From contig CALSCO010001544.1 of assembly GCA_943704415.1 (NCBI GenBank), positions 1-47,944 on the forward strand: a DNA stretch of 47,944 bases, written 5' to 3'. Under the pieces are notes generated by a model, which made no database searches, was not told the DNA's origin, and saw nothing but the letters and a program-made list of their open reading frames with translations. Both the position numbers and the translations under genes were made by a program. How positions within the stretch are numbered: position 1 is the stretch's first letter; each line of letters opens with the position of its first letter. Positions 1 to 12,890 of the stretch are shown here, piece by piece. Origin of the DNA: Parvularia atlantis (taxonomy: Eukaryota).

Positions 1-1013
1 CCCCCCCCCCTCGCCACGCGCCTCCTCAGGGCAGATGGCCGTGCCGCGCGTCGAGCACGTCAGCCAGCGGCCGACCTCGGGCGCCCATTTGCCGTTGAGC
101 TTGTTGATAATCTCGGTCAGGTAGCGCGACTCGCTGCCCAGCAGGTCAATCGTGCGCTGCGCGACAGCACGGTCCACGGTCAGCGCGCGCGTGTGTGTGT
201 AAAGTGCGCGCAGCGGCCCGCGTGCCTCAGGGATGCCCGTGTCCCACAGCGCGTGCAGGTTCCACGTCTCGCCGTAGAACTGCGCGCGGGCCGCTGAGCG
301 CTCAACAGCGTCGCTCCTCTCAAGCGCGGTGCACCTTGACGTCGATGTTGTTGCCGCCGATGATGCTCGGCGGGCCCAGCACGTGCACGGGGTTGTGTAT
401 GTCCTGCACAAAGTGCGTGAGGAACTTGAGCGCCTCCTCGCGGTTCGGCGACGGCTTCTCGCCCGTGAGCTGCAGGCTGTAGTTGTAGACGGCTGCGCGC
501 AGCCGTCTGCGTCACCAACCAGGGGCACGGCGCGTGCTGCGCGCACCGCCGACGACGCAGGCGTCGTTCGGGCAGTCGCGGTCGTAGTTGAAGTTGCAGC
601 TGGCCGGTGGCTGGCCGCGGGCGCGTCGCCACCGCCGCGAACGTCACCGCCGCGAACGTCAACAGAGGCCAGCGCACGCACGTTGTCGTTCGGGTTGACG
701 TAGTGCAGCACCGAGCTCCACGAGTACACGGACTGGCTGCGCACCTGGTCGGCCCATGTGCACACGCTCACGAGGCCGCCCGCGCCCACGAGCCGCTCGA
801 CCTCGGCCGCCGCGCGCTCGGTCAGGTTCGCCTGGGCGATCTCGCTCACCAGCTCGTGCACTTGCGCGGCCACGGGGTGAGCGCCGCCCTGCGGGACGGC
901 TCGCCGTGCATGCACCGCGCACCGGTGAAGCCCCATGAGCCCCGGCGCACGGGTGCCGCCGCCGCCACGGCCGCCGCGGCCGCGACGAGCACGAGACCAG
1001 TCAGGACGCGCAT
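1..1013 (-). CDS. S1/P1 nuclease (secreted or lysosomal), multi-exon, 3' end truncated by window start
   Basis: Spliced translation: signal peptide [19 protein letters not shown], then [57 protein letters not shown]. These carry the W/H/D/H/H/D/H/H/D zinc ligands of the S1/P1 family. Confidence 0.9.
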
Positions 1014-1057
1014 CGTTTGCACGTGCACAGCTGAAATCCGACCACACGCTTGCACGC

Positions 1058-3076
1058 ATGGCCGCGCATGCAAGGTGCGTCCGCCGCGTGGCCCTTGCCG
1101 GTCGCGCCGCGTGCCGAACCGCGCGCCGCCACGCCAGGTACGCGAGCCCGCTCACGAGCCGGTACGCGTCCAAGGAGATGGCGTTCAACTTCTCCGACGA
1201 CAAGAAGTTCCAGACCTGGCGCAAGCTATGGGTGCTTGCGCGCTTCGCACCCAGGCACTTACAGCGACTGCTGACCAGCCCGGCCGCGCAGGTCGACCTG
1301 GCCCGCGCGGAGCAGAAGCTGGGCCTGTCGATCACCGACGAGCAGATCGACGAGATGGAGCGCAACGTGACCAACATCGACTACGAGCTGGCCGCGGCCG
1401 AGGCACGCCGGCGTAGGAGGCGCGCCACTGGCGGCCTGCTCACACGTCGTGCGCAGGAGAAGAAGCGGCGCCACGACGTCATGGCGCACGTGCACACGTT
1501 CGGCGTGTGCTGCCCGAAGGCCGCGCCGATCATCCACCTCGGCGCGACGTCGTGCTACGTTGGCGACAACACGGACCTCATTGTCATGCGCGACGGCATT
1601 GACCTGCTTCGGCCCAAGCTCGCGCGCGTCATCGACCGTCTGGCGGTGCGCGGAGGGAGGGCTGCTGCTGCGCGGGATGCAGGGCGCTGACGGAGACGCG
1701 CAGCAATTCGCCGGCAAGTACAAGGACATGCCCACGCTCGGCTTCACGCACTACCAGCCGGCGCAGCTTGTCACGGTCGGCAAGCGCGCGTGCCTGTGGA
1801 TCCAGGAGCTGCTAATGGACCTGAGCAACCTGGGCAACGCGCGGTGCGGCACTGTCACTGCAACGTCGCGCGCCTCACCCGTTCCGCCGCGCGCGCGTGT
1901 AGCGACGAGCTGCGCTTCCTCGGCGTCAAGGGCACGACGGGCACGCAAGCTAGCTTCCTCACGCTGTTTGACGGCGACCACGCCAAGGTCGAGGCGCTCG
2001 ATCGCATGGTGACCGAGATGAACGGCTTCGCGAGCCGATTCATCATCTCGGGCCAGACGTACACGCGCAAGCTCGACCTGCAGGTGCGCGGCTGGGCGTG
2101 CGCGCGCGTGGACGCTGCTGCCGCTGACACGCGGTGACCGCCGCGTTGTAGGTGCTCTCCACCGTGTGCAGCATCGGCTCGTCTGCGACCAAGATGGCCA
2201 CCGACATCCGCCTCTTGGCCAACCTGAAGGAGGTCGAGGAGCCGTTCGAGCGGGACCAGATCGGCTCGTCGGCGATGGCCTACAAGCGCAACCCGATGCG
2301 GTGCGGCACACGCGTTTGCGCGCCGGGTCGGTGCTGACGGGCGCGCACACAGCTGCGAGCGCATCTGTTCACTGTCGCGCCACCTGCTTGCGCTCCTGGC
2401 CGACGCACAGCACACGGCCGCGACGCAGTGGTTTGAGCGCACGCTCGACGACAGCGCCAACCGGCGCATCTCCATCGCTGAGGCGTTCTTAACGGCGGAC
2501 ATTGTGCTGTCGATCCTGCAGAACGTGTGCGAAGGCCTCGTGGTCTACCCGAAGGTGATCGAGCGGCACGTGCGCGAGGAGGTGCGTCTGGGCGCCCTAC
2601 GCGGCCGCATCCCCTAGTGCTGACCCCGCCGCACAGCTCCCGTTCATGGCCACCGAGAACCTGATCATGGCCATGGTCAAGGCCGGCGGCGACCGCCAGG
2701 TGTGGAGCGCGCAGCCGGCGGACCCACTGACGCGCGTGCGTGTGCACCGCGGCCTTTGGCAGGAGTGCCACGAGCAGATCCGCGTGCTCTCGCAGGAGGC
2801 GGCGCAGCAGGTCAAGATGCACGGGCTGAACAACGATCTGATCGACCGCGTGCGCGCGAGCGCGTACTTTGCGCCGATCCACGCGCAGGTCTGTGCGCGT
2901 GTGTCATGCTGACGCCGAGCTCACCGCCGTGCGGGCAGCTCGACGCGCTGCTCGATCCGGCGACCTTCACCGGCCGCGCCTCGCAGCAGGTGGCCGAGTT
3001 CCTGCAGCACGAGGTCGAGCCGGCGCTGCGGCCCTTCGCCGACAGCCTCGCGGGCACGGTTGAGCTGACTGTGTAA
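1058..3076 (+). CDS. ADSL: Adenylosuccinate lyase, multi-exon
   Basis: [50 protein letters not shown], lyase signature [29 protein letters not shown] 1058, TAA 3074-3076. Confidence 0.97.
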
Positions 3077-3091
3077 TTGCGCGCAGCACCG

Positions 3092-3886
3092 TCACCGCTT
3101 CGCTTTTTTGGACGCGCTCGCGGGGCTGCTCGGCGTGGGGCTCTCGGCCATGCGCTTGTGCGATCGCCGCGTGCTCGCGGGCGTGTCGGCCGGGGCGGCG
3201 ATGGAGGGCGATGCCGCGGACGTGGTGCGGGGCTCCTTGGCGGGCGTGCTGGCACCGGCCGAGCCGCGCGTCGTTCGCTTGCCCTTCTTGGCTGGGGGGG
3301 GGGGGGGCACGTCGTGAGCCGCCCGGCCGAGGCTGCACAGCGCGCGCACTGTCTTCCTCGGCCGGCGTCGGGCTCCCGGTTGGCGAGCCCTTCGACTCGG
3401 ACCGCCGCAGCGAGCGCCCGGCCTGATGCCGCGCCGTCAGCTCGGCCGCAGCAGCGGCAGGCGGTCGCCAACGCGCCTCGTAGACGTGCGTCGGCAGCAC
3501 AAACTCGACGGGCTCGTCAGGCGCGTCCTCGGCCTCGTTGTCCGAGTCTTGCTCGTCCTGCGTGCGCACGCTCGTCAGCACACGCGGTGGGCCTCCCACG
3601 TCGGACGCGCACGCACGTAGCGGTCGAGCACGTCGAGGTTGTACATGCCGCGCAGGTGCGCCCAGATCGCCTCAACAGGCACGGGCCCGCCCGCGGCCTG
3701 GGCGACGTGCCGTTGCAGCAGGTACATGCGCACGTGCTTGTGCAGCCCTGCGCGGCCACGTCAGGCCGCACACCCGAGCACGCCTCACCCGCGCGCACGC
3801 CTCGCCCGCGCGCACGCACCGACGGGCTTGTGCCGCGCGAGGCCCTCGAACAGCGCGGCCTCGAGGTACGGGCTCCAGGTAGCCAT
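3092..3886 (-). CDS. EAF7: NuA4 complex subunit EAF7/MRGBP (CT20 family), multi-exon
   Basis: MATWSPYLEAALFEGLARHKPVG-LHKHVRM...IWAHLRGMYNLDVLD, acidic linker with EFVLP, basic Ser/Pro-rich tail ending KKAKR. Confidence 0.85.
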
Positions 3887-4181
3887 TGCACACTGTGCGG
3901 CGGTGCGCATCCCCAGCCACGCAGTTTGCCGGATTGGGCAGGTCATTGCCGACGACTCGTGCGTCGCGCGTGCTGCCGCGCCGAGCGGGCGGTCGCTGTC
4001 TGGCCGCGCCGTGCGCACTTTGCCGAGGCGCTTGCGCGCGCCGGGCACGCTGTCGTGTGGCCTCCCTCGTCGGCGTGCTGCTGAGCTGGCCGTCTCCTCG
4101 TGTTCCTGACGCACCCGCGCTCATCCCGCAGCAGCGCCCGATCTGCGAGCGCCGCGCACCGCCGCATCACCGCGCCGCAAC

Positions 4182-5801
4182 ATGAAGGCGCTCATCCTCG
4201 TCGGTGGTGCGCACTCTGGGCCGGCCGCGTGCGCGACACGCCCCCCGCCCGTGACCGCGCAAACCCAGGCTACGGGACGCGCCTCCGGCCGCTCACGCTG
4301 TCCCTGCCCAAGCCGCTCGTCCCGTTCGCGAACAAGCCGATGATGGAGCACCAGGTCAAGAGCCTGGCCGAAGCCGGCGTGACCGATATCGTCCTGGCCG
4401 TGAGCTACCGGCCGGAGGTGATGATGAAGCAGCTGCAGGACTACGAGCAGCGGGTGCGCGCACGCTCTCTGCGCGCGCAGCCGCCGGCTGACACGGCGCG
4501 GCGCGGCACAGTACAAGGTCAAGATCCACTTCTCGATTGAGACAGAGCCGCTGGGCACGGGTGAGCTCGCCGTTTGCGTGGCACTGCGGCGCCGCGCTGA
4601 CGCTCCGACCGCGTGCGCAAAGCCGGACCACTCGCCCTCGCCCGCGACATCCTCGCCAAGGACGACTCGCCGTTCTTCGTGCTCAACAGCGACATCATCT
4701 GCCCGTTTCCGTTCCGCGAGATGCTTCAGGTGCGGCATCTCGCGGCGCCCGCCGACGCGACGCTGCGTGCCCAGCCAACGCCGCCGCGCAGTTCCACCGC
4801 AACCACGGCAAGGAGGGCACGATCCTCGTGACCAAGGTCGACGAGCCGAGCAAGTACGGCGTGATAGTCAACAAGGCCGGCACAGACCAGATCGAGCGCT
4901 TCGTCGAAAAGCCGGCCGTGTTCGTGTCCAACAAGATCAACGCCGGCGTGTACATCTTCACGCCCAAGATCCTCCAGCGCATTGAGGTGCGTGCGTGCTC
5001 GCGGCGGGCACACGCGTCGCGTCTCACGTCGTGCGCCACCGCCGGTGTCGCCAGCTCAAGCCGACCTCGATCGAGAAGGAGGTGTTCCCGTTCATGGCCG
5101 AGCAGGGCGAGCTGTTTGCGATGGAGCTGCAGGGTGCGCTATCGCTTCCTGCGTGTGCGCACTCCCCCCAACACGCGCCGCGCAGGCTTCTGGATGGACG
5201 TCGGCCAGCCGAAGGACTTCCTGACCGGCATCGGCCTGTACCTGTCGCACGTGGCCAAAACGACGCCGGCCGAGCTGGCCCAGGGCGACAACATCGTCGG
5301 GCACGTCCTGATCGTGCGTGTGTCGCGACCGCCAGTGTGCGCACGCCGACTGAAGCGCGCGCGCGCGCGCGCGACATCAGGACCCGTCGGCCAAGATCGG
5401 GCAGGGGTGCAAGATCGGCCCGAACGTGGTCATCGGGCCCAACGTCGTCATTGAGGACGGTGCGTGCGCACACGGGCGCGGGTCGCGTGTGGCCTGAGCG
5501 CTGGCGGGCCCGCAGGCGTGCGCCTGTCCAAGTGCGCGCTGATGGACAACGTCGTGGTGCGGTCGCACGCTTGGGTGAGCTCGTCCATCGTCGGCTGGAA
5601 CTCGAACGTCGGGCGCTGGGTGCGTGGCATAACGCCGCCCGTGTGTCGCCGGCTGAGCCGCCGCGGCAGGTCCGCATGGAGGGCGTGTCGGTGCTGGGCG
5701 AGGATGTCCAAATAGCCGACGAGCTCTACATCAACGGCGGGCGCATCCTCCCGCACAAGGGCATCAGTGCGAGCATCACCGAGCCCGAGATCGTCATGTG
5801 A
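4182..5801 (+). CDS. GMPPB: Mannose-1-phosphate guanylyltransferase (GDP-mannose pyrophosphorylase B), multi-exon
   Basis: [66 protein letters not shown], hexapeptide repeats, ends PEIVM-stop. Confidence 0.97.
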
Positions 5802-5925
5802 GGCGCCTAGCTACTGGCCGTGCCAGTCGGGCGGGCGTGCGGGCGTGCGGTGTGCGTGGTGGGGCGTGTCTCTGTGCCGAGCGGCGGCTGCATCCTTTCC
5901 CATTGGTTCTGCTCTACGCGACGGC

Positions 5926-6666
5926 TCACGACGCCGCCTGCAGCGTGCGCAGATAGTCCACGCGGAAGCTGTTGTCGTCCGCGGGGCGGTTGATCGGCAC
6001 CCACTTGGGCTCCTCCTTGAACAGGCGGATCGCGTGGATGAAGTTGCCCTCATCGAGCGTGAAGCGGTGGTAGATGCCCGCGGGCTGCACGCCGCGCCGT
6101 CACGCTCGCGGCCGGCAGCGCACGCGGCCCGCACCAGGATGATCAGGTCGCCCGGGTGCACGTGGATGCGCACCCACTGGTCGCTCGAGTCGCGCACGTC
6201 AAAGTAGCCCGAGCCGGCGAGGCAGAAACGGATCTCCTCGTCCTCGTGCAGGTGCCTGCTGCGCGCTCAGCCGCGGGCCCCGTGCGCGCGCGCACGCACG
6301 ACGCACTCCTCAAAGAACGTCTTGATCTTGGCCTCGTACACGTCGCCCATCTTCTCTTTCGACACCTTGATCTGCGCGCGAGCACGGCGTGAGCCGCACG
6401 TCGAGGGGAGGGGGCCGCCGCGCACCTCGTCGCGGTTCTTGTAGTTGCGCTCGGCGGCCAGCGCGTTGACCTTGGCCAGGTAGTCGTCCAGGCCGATGCC
6501 AAAGTGCAGCACGCCGAACGAGCGTAGGTACTCGACCGTCACGGGCTGGTTCGGCTCGCGCTGCGGCGCGGCGCGTCGGCACACGGCGGCACACAGCGGC
6601 CCGCCCGACCTTGTGCGGCAGGCGCTGGTCGGCGTCGCTGCTGTCCATGAACCACGCGGCAACCAT
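5926..6666 (-). CDS. ADI1: Acireductone dioxygenase (methionine salvage), multi-exon
   Basis: [67 protein letters not shown]. Confidence 0.96.
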
Positions 6667-6769
6667 GACTGCGGGTTGCGGGAAGGCGGCGGCTGCAAAC
6701 AAAGTGCTTGGGCCACGTGGTCTGTGCACCATCGCCATCGCGCCACACAACCGCGCCATCGGCGGCTGT

Positions 6770-7849
6770 TCACTGGGCCTTGGCCTGCTTGTCCTTCTTG
6801 GGGCTGAGCTGCTTGCCGCGCTGCGAGATCATGTGCAGATACTGCACGGGGAAGACTGCACGCGCGCGGTCGTGTGTGAACGGCCGCGGGCGATGAAACG
6901 CGATCCGCGCGTCATGTCGGCACGCACGCGGCACGTAGGCGGCCAGCAGCGCCACGAAGAAGCAGTACAGCGGCACGCTCGGCACGAACGGCAGCGCCGT
7001 GTACGTCTGCAGCATCTCCGAGCCCGCGCCCGTTGGGTACAGCAAGAAGAAGAACGTGTAGCTGCGCGGCGAAATGAGCAGTCGTGCGCAGCGCGCGACC
7101 GCGGATAACACGCACCGCATCCACAGCAGCGCGTACGGGCGCAGGTTGAGCAGCTCGGTCGCGTAGTTGGTGTACCGCACGATCTCGGTCACGCCCCACG
7201 ACAGCACCATCGTCGAAAACGACCAGTGCAGCGGCACCTGGCGCGCAGCGTGACCACGGCGCTGAGCGGCCCGCTCAGCGACGGGCCTCGAGGGCCGCAC
7301 CTCCGGGTACGCGTCGCACACGGCCCACAGCACAATCAGGCGCGAGAAGACCTGGATCACCGTCGTCGACAGCTGCGAGCGCACGACGCCTGCGGCGATG
7401 CGGCGTCAGCGCGGTGCGCGCGGTGGCCCGGCAAGCGGGGTGCACCGGTCGCGACGTGCACGATCTGGGTGTCGTGGTGAGGTGAGTTTTCTGCCTGATG
7501 GCGCCTCACGCGCAGGCCCGTGCGCACCTCGAGCACGGCCGCGGTCTGCCAGATCTTGAGCGGCCACTCGACGTCATCCCACACACCGCGGTAGCCCTCC
7601 GGCGAGCTGGGAGCCGCGCGGCGCGCGCGTCAGTCCCCGCGTACGCCCCACGCCAAGCACGGCAGCGCACAGCAGCGCCAGCAGCGCGAGCACGGTGACC
7701 TGGAGCCAGCCGAGCGCGAGCACGACGTTGTACGCGACCAGGTACGACGTCGCGAGCCCGCCGGGGCCCTTCTTCGCCTTGTCGTCGCCTGCGCGGTCGC
7801 CGTGAGGCGCGCAAAAGCGGAGAGCGGCCGTGGCCACACCGTTCGCCAT
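6770..7849 (-). CDS. PHS1: Very-long-chain 3-hydroxyacyl-CoA dehydratase (PTPLA/HACD/Phs1), multi-exon
   Basis: YLVAYN, QTAAVLEIVHVATG, TVIQVFSR, SWGVTEIVRY, RYTFFFLLYPTGAGSE (catalytic Y/E), YLHMISQR, Lys-rich tail. Confidence 0.93.
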
Positions 7850-7907
7850 TATGGCTCCACGCGAAGTGCATGGTGGCGAGCCGGAAGCATGACAGGCACT
7901 CTGAGCG

Positions 7908-9616
7908 ATGCGGGTGTTCGTCGCGGCGGTCCTGCTGGCGGTCGCGGCGGCCGCGGCCGAGCCCGAGGCCTACGTCGAGCTGGTGATGGTGCAACGGGTG
8001 CCGCTGGCTGCGGCCGGGTCGCTCGGCAAGCGCGACGTCGTCGAGATGACCGGTGCGGCGCGTTCGGCGCGTCGTTGTGCGCGAACGCTGACGGGCCGCA
8101 TGCGCGCGCCGGGAGGCTGCCCGAGCCGCGTCTTCACGGTGCCCGTCACGATCGGCGTCGGCAGGGCGCGGCAGACGTTTGACCTGCGCGTTGACACGGT
8201 GCGCCGCGGAGAGTGCCGCGCACGCACGCGCTGACGCTGCGCGCCAGGGCTCGTCGACGCTCGGCGTGGCCAGCGACCAGTGCGCGTGCGAGGGCGTGAC
8301 GCCGCGCTTCGCCTCGGCTATGCACAAGGCCGAGGGCGCTGTCGACAGCGGTCAGGGCGTGCTCGCGCAGTACGCCGACGGGAGCGGCTGGCAGGGCACA
8401 ATCTGGCGCGATGTGGTCACGGTGGGCTCGGCCACGCTGCGCTCGTTCCGCTTCGCCGCCATCTCGACCGCGGCGGGCTTCTTCGGCGCGAGCAACTGCC
8501 AGGAGCGGGGTCCGGCGGCCAACCAGGGCATCCTAGGGTGCGCCGACCCACGTGCATGTTGTCGTTCGCGTGCACGCTGACACCACCGACAGTATGGCGT
8601 ACGACGCCATCGCGCTGCGGAGTGCCGGCGCCGCGGACGCCACCGACTCGTTCGCGGACGCGTGGGAGCAGGCCGCGCTCGGTACGCCCGCGGGACGCGG
8701 CAGTAGCCGCGCCGGCAGCCTCGTGTTCGCCATGACCCTGTGCACGAGTGCGGGCGTGCTCATGATCGGCGGCTACAACGCCTCGTACGCGGTGTCGGCG
8801 CCGCTGTATGTCCCACTGGTCGAGAACGTGCGTGGCACAATCCGCAGAGCACGCCCGGCTGATCGCGCTCGCTCGCTCGTCGCGCAGACGTACTACCGCG
8901 TCACGCTCACCGGCATGAGCTTCACGGACGCGAGCGGCGCCGACGTGCGCTTCACGGTGGTGCCGGCAGGCGCGGCGGGTGCGAGCGTGTTTGGCGGCGC
9001 GATCCTTGACTCGGGCGCGACCAACGTCGTCGTGCCGCCCGAGGTGCTCGCGCGCATGAGCACGTTCCTCGACAGCGTCGCGAGCTTCGTGTCAGTCTTT
9101 GGCGGCGGCTTCCTTGGCGGCGACTATTGCCGCACGAGCGCGCTCTCGGTTGAGCAGATGAACCGCATGTGGCCGTGGCTGCGCGTGGACCTGTCGGACG
9201 GCGTGGCGGTGGTGCTGCCGCCCGTGTCGTCGTACGTAATCCGCGAGGACCGCGGCCCGAGCGGTGTGTTTTTCTGCCCGGGCGCGCGGGCGGGCGCGGT
9301 GACCAACCTGGGCTACGCCTTCATGAACAACTTCCTCACGATCTTTGACCGCACGGACGCGCGCTTCACCAAGGGTGCGATCGGACTCGCGTCAACGGCG
9401 CAGTGCGGCACGGGTGCGCTCGCGCGCGTGCTGTACAACGACGCGGTGTTTGGCGGCAACCAGGTGCGCGGCGTCAGCGCACGTGGCAGCACCCGTCAGA
9501 CTAACGCGCGGGCGCAGAGCTTCCCGGCCAACAGCGCCCCGGACACTCGCCGCGGCACGTGGCCCGCTGTTGGCCTGGTGACTGCTGCAGCGCTTGCACT
9601 CGCCTGTGGCCTGTGA
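7908..9616 (+). CDS. Pepsin/BACE-like (A1) aspartic protease with signal peptide and hydrophobic C-terminal anchor, multi-exon
   Basis: Signal peptide MRVFVAAVLLAVAAAAA; catalytic motifs LRVDT|GSS and ILDSGAT; YADGSGWQG; GILG-MAY; C-terminal WPAVGLVTAAALALACGL (GPI or TM-like). Confidence 0.88.
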
Positions 9617-9727
9617 CGCATCGTGTGTCGGTGTCACTGTGAGGGCGTGTGGCGGCTCGGCGACCACTGAAACGCTCCCGCTGGAAGCCCTTGTCATGTG
9701 TCTTTCGCAACCCCAGCTGAGCACGCA

Positions 9728-12700
9728 TCACACGTCGATGCTGCGGTAGTCGATGATCTCGTCGCTCGGCGGCGCGTCCAGGTCCATGTATGAGCGCACG
9801 GTGCGGCCGCCACCCTCGCCCGCCGCACTGCCGCGCGGCAATTTGAGGCAGTGAGAACCGAGTCCTCCACAACAGCACACTCGCGCACCCAGACGGCGCT
9901 GGGCGCAGGCCGCGCGGGCCGCCGCGCCGATCGACCTGGTCGTCGCGATCGTCGCGCCGGAACGGCCTGTCTTGGCGGGCATTCCTGCGGAGCCGTGTCA
10001 GCGAGCCGGGCGCGCACGCGACGAGAAGCACTCACGGCCCGTTCCGGTCGTCGAACGGCGGCCGGTGGCGGTTGCCGCGCCAGTCGTCGTGTCCCCCGCT
10101 GGGAGCGTAGCCTGGCATACGCAGAGCGCGTCAGCGAAAATGAGGCACCGCAGCGGCAGAGCATCACCGCCCGCGTCCACCGGCGTGCCACCCGGGACAG
10201 GGACGAAGCCACCAAAGCCACCCATCGGCGGCACCAGCAGCATCGGGTTGAGCGGCACTGCGGCGAGCGCCGACGTGAGACGCACACCGTGCGTGCGTGC
10301 GCGCACGCACGGCGCACCTCCACCTGGCAGCAGTGGTACGGGCGCAGCTGGGGCCGTCGGTGCAGGGAGCAGGATGCGGTTCGAATCACGCAGGAAGTTG
10401 TTATACATCTCCGCCTGTGCCGCCGTCGCGCGTCAGAAAAACACAGCCGCACACCCTCTGCACAGCACCTGCTGCCGCAGCGCCAGGGCCTTCTCCGCGT
10501 GCTTCACGGTGAGGTGCGTCATGATGAACTGATGACCTGGGGCGCGCGCGGCGGACATGCGGTCGGCTACGCGTGGGCGCGGCGCGACGATGCGCACCCT
10601 TGAAGTTCTTTGAGCAGATCGTGCAGTGGTACTTGGCCCCCTCCTCCAGCACGGTGATGTACTCCTGCAGGCCCTTGTCTTGCTCGCTGCGCACTGCTCA
10701 GCACAGTGGTCGACGCGGGGCGCGCACCACGCCACCTCTGCGGGTCGCGTGGCATCAGCCGCTCGTACTCGGCGTCCGGCAGGCTTGGGTGCATGCGCTG
10801 CGCGATCTGCTCATCCAGCTTGGTCAGCGTGTCCGTCGAGCCGCCTGCGCAGCGGTCAGCGCCGTCGTGACAGACCCAATCCTCGCATGCGCACCGCTCT
10901 TTGGCGCGGGACGTTCGGGCTCGGCGCCCGTTTTCCGCAGCAGCGCGAGCCGCGAGTCGCACTCGCTCGCGCTGTAGTAGTCGAACAGGTGCACCCGGCG
11001 CAGGTACATCACGAGCAGGTCGAGGTTGTACGAGAACTGCACCGGGTGTATGTGAGCACGGGCGGCACTCCCGCATGCGCTCAGTCTCCGCCACCTCTGA
11101 CGGGGCCACGTCCTTGGATACACGCGCGGTGAACGACGGCGACACGCCCTTCTCCTTGTCGAGCTGCGCCACCAGCTCCCAGGCCTGCTTGAAGTCGTGC
11201 GCCTTGCGCTCGGGCGAGGCAAAGCCGGCGTTGACGGCAACCTTGCGCATGAGTGTGCACGGGTGCACGTTGAGAAAGAACTCGAAGCCTTCGATCTGCC
11301 GGCCCGACCGCGCGTCAGCCGCAACGGCCAAATCTCCGCGCACGTGAGCGCGCGCGCCTTGGTGTGCGTCAGCTGCTTCTGCGCCGCGTTCGCGTCGATC
11401 TCGGGCTTGTAGTACGCCCAACCGCTGCGGTGGAACTTCTTCTGCGGGTTGACGTCACCCAGTTCCAGGTACAGAAAGCCGTCCACCTTCTTGCACATCT
11501 GTGCGGTGCGGACGCGCCCGTCAGCCCTCACTGACGCGTGTGCATGGGGGGCCCCTGAGCGCACCTCCTCGATCTGCTGCCGCGAGATGCTCGGTGGGAT
11601 CGTCTTGATCGCGAGGATCTTGGCGACCCTGGGGCGTGCCAGGTCAGCCTAGCATGCGCGTGCGCCCGCCGGCTGCTGTACTCTGGCGCGCCCGGGATGG
11701 GCGTCTCGGACGGCTGGCTCTTGTCGTCGCCATCGGCCGCCTGGCCGTCGTCTGCGCCGGCGGCTGCGGCGCCTCAGCACGCTTCCCACCTTGTGCGTCC
11801 GGGCGATCGCACCTGGGGCAGCGTCGTCTCCGCCCAGGCTCTTGTCGAGCGAGAGGCTGTTCATGTCGCCCGCGGCACACTCGCTCTGCCGTTACGCATG
11901 GCGTTCAGCCGGCGCCCCTCGGAGCAGAGCGTGCACAGACCATGAACTGCGAGTGCTCCGCCTCAGCGAGCTGCTTGAGCGCTGCCTCGCGGGCGGCGCG
12001 GCGCTGCGGGTGGTACTTTTCCTGGAACCTGGATGTGCACGTCTGAGTGCCACGGCCACCCTGCGCGGCGCGGCGCGGTGCGGCACGCACCAGTCGAAGC
12101 TCTTGTGCTGCGCGAACGTCCTCTGGATGTTGCGCGTCGCAAACTCGGCCTTGTACGCCGTGTACGCGGCCGAGGCCTTTTCCGGGTCGACGTCTGCACA
12201 CACTCCCGCTCGTCGGCCCGGCGTGCACGCCGCAGCCACGCAGCTGGCGCACCAGAGTCCTGCGTGGCCAGAAACTGCTTGAAGGAAAGTAGCACGTCGC
12301 CGTGGAGCAGGTCGGCCGGCTTCGCGGGCGCGGGCGAAAACGGCATCGCGTAGTCTGCGCGCAGGCGGCGTGGTCACGCGCCCCACCGACGCGCCGTCGC
12401 CCGGCCCCGCACCCATGCCGCCGTCACCGTCGTCACGGCGCGCGCGCTTGCCGGTGCCCTGCGTGCGCGCGAGCGGTCAGCCACACGCGCGCGGCACCGA
12501 TGCGGGCACACGCGCGCACCCGCTCGTCGTCGTACGCGTCGTTCCCGCGGCTGCGCGCAGTCGCCGTCAGCCCCACCCGAGCGCGCGCGGCACGCACCTG
12601 CGGCGACGGTCGAGGTCGCGGCCAAAGGCGTCGGTTCGGTCGCGGTCGCGGTCGCGGTCGCGGTCGCGGTCGCGGTCGCGGTCGCGGTCGCGGTCGCGCG

Positions 12701-12839
12701 GCTGGTAGCGCTCCCGGCCGCCGCGGCGGTCTGTGCGCGCGCGCGCGCGCGTGGCATGCGTCGTCAGCGCGCGACCGGGCAAGGGGCCGAGGCCGGCGCA
12801 CGGACCGTCGTCGTCGCGGGGACGCCAGCTGCCCGCCAT
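9728..12839 (-). CDS. SRRT: SERRATE/ARS2 RNA effector, multi-exon
   Basis: N-terminal RD repeat, LLSFKQFL, FAQHKSFDWFQEKYHP, RRM-like region, LDLLVMYLRRVHLFDYY, C2H2 finger CTICSKNFKGHQFIMTHLTVKH, C-terminal RSYMDLDAP..IIDYRS. An upstream ATG at 12860 is an alternative start. Confidence 0.92.
12637..12696. repeat. Perfect hexanucleotide microsatellite (CGGTCG)x10 encoding the Arg-Asp repeat of SERRATE on the minus strand
   Basis: Ten perfect copies counted directly. Confidence 0.95.
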
Positions 12840-12890
12840 GGCCGTGTCGAGTATCGACATCAGTGCACAGCTAGCCACAGCCGGTGCAGC

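Noticed and set aside
1..10. Poly-C at the start and poly-G at the end (47938-47944) as telomeres or terminal inverted repeats
   Set aside because: Both interrupt genes, apparently inside introns; most likely assembly breaks at homopolymers.
3294..3307. G-run appearing to frameshift EAF7
   Set aside because: It lies in an intron (poly-C before the AG on the minus strand); splicing restores the frame.
12637..12696. Tandem repeat as a CRISPR-like or regulatory array
   Set aside because: No spacers; it is a coding RD repeat typical of SERRATE/ARS2 N-termini.
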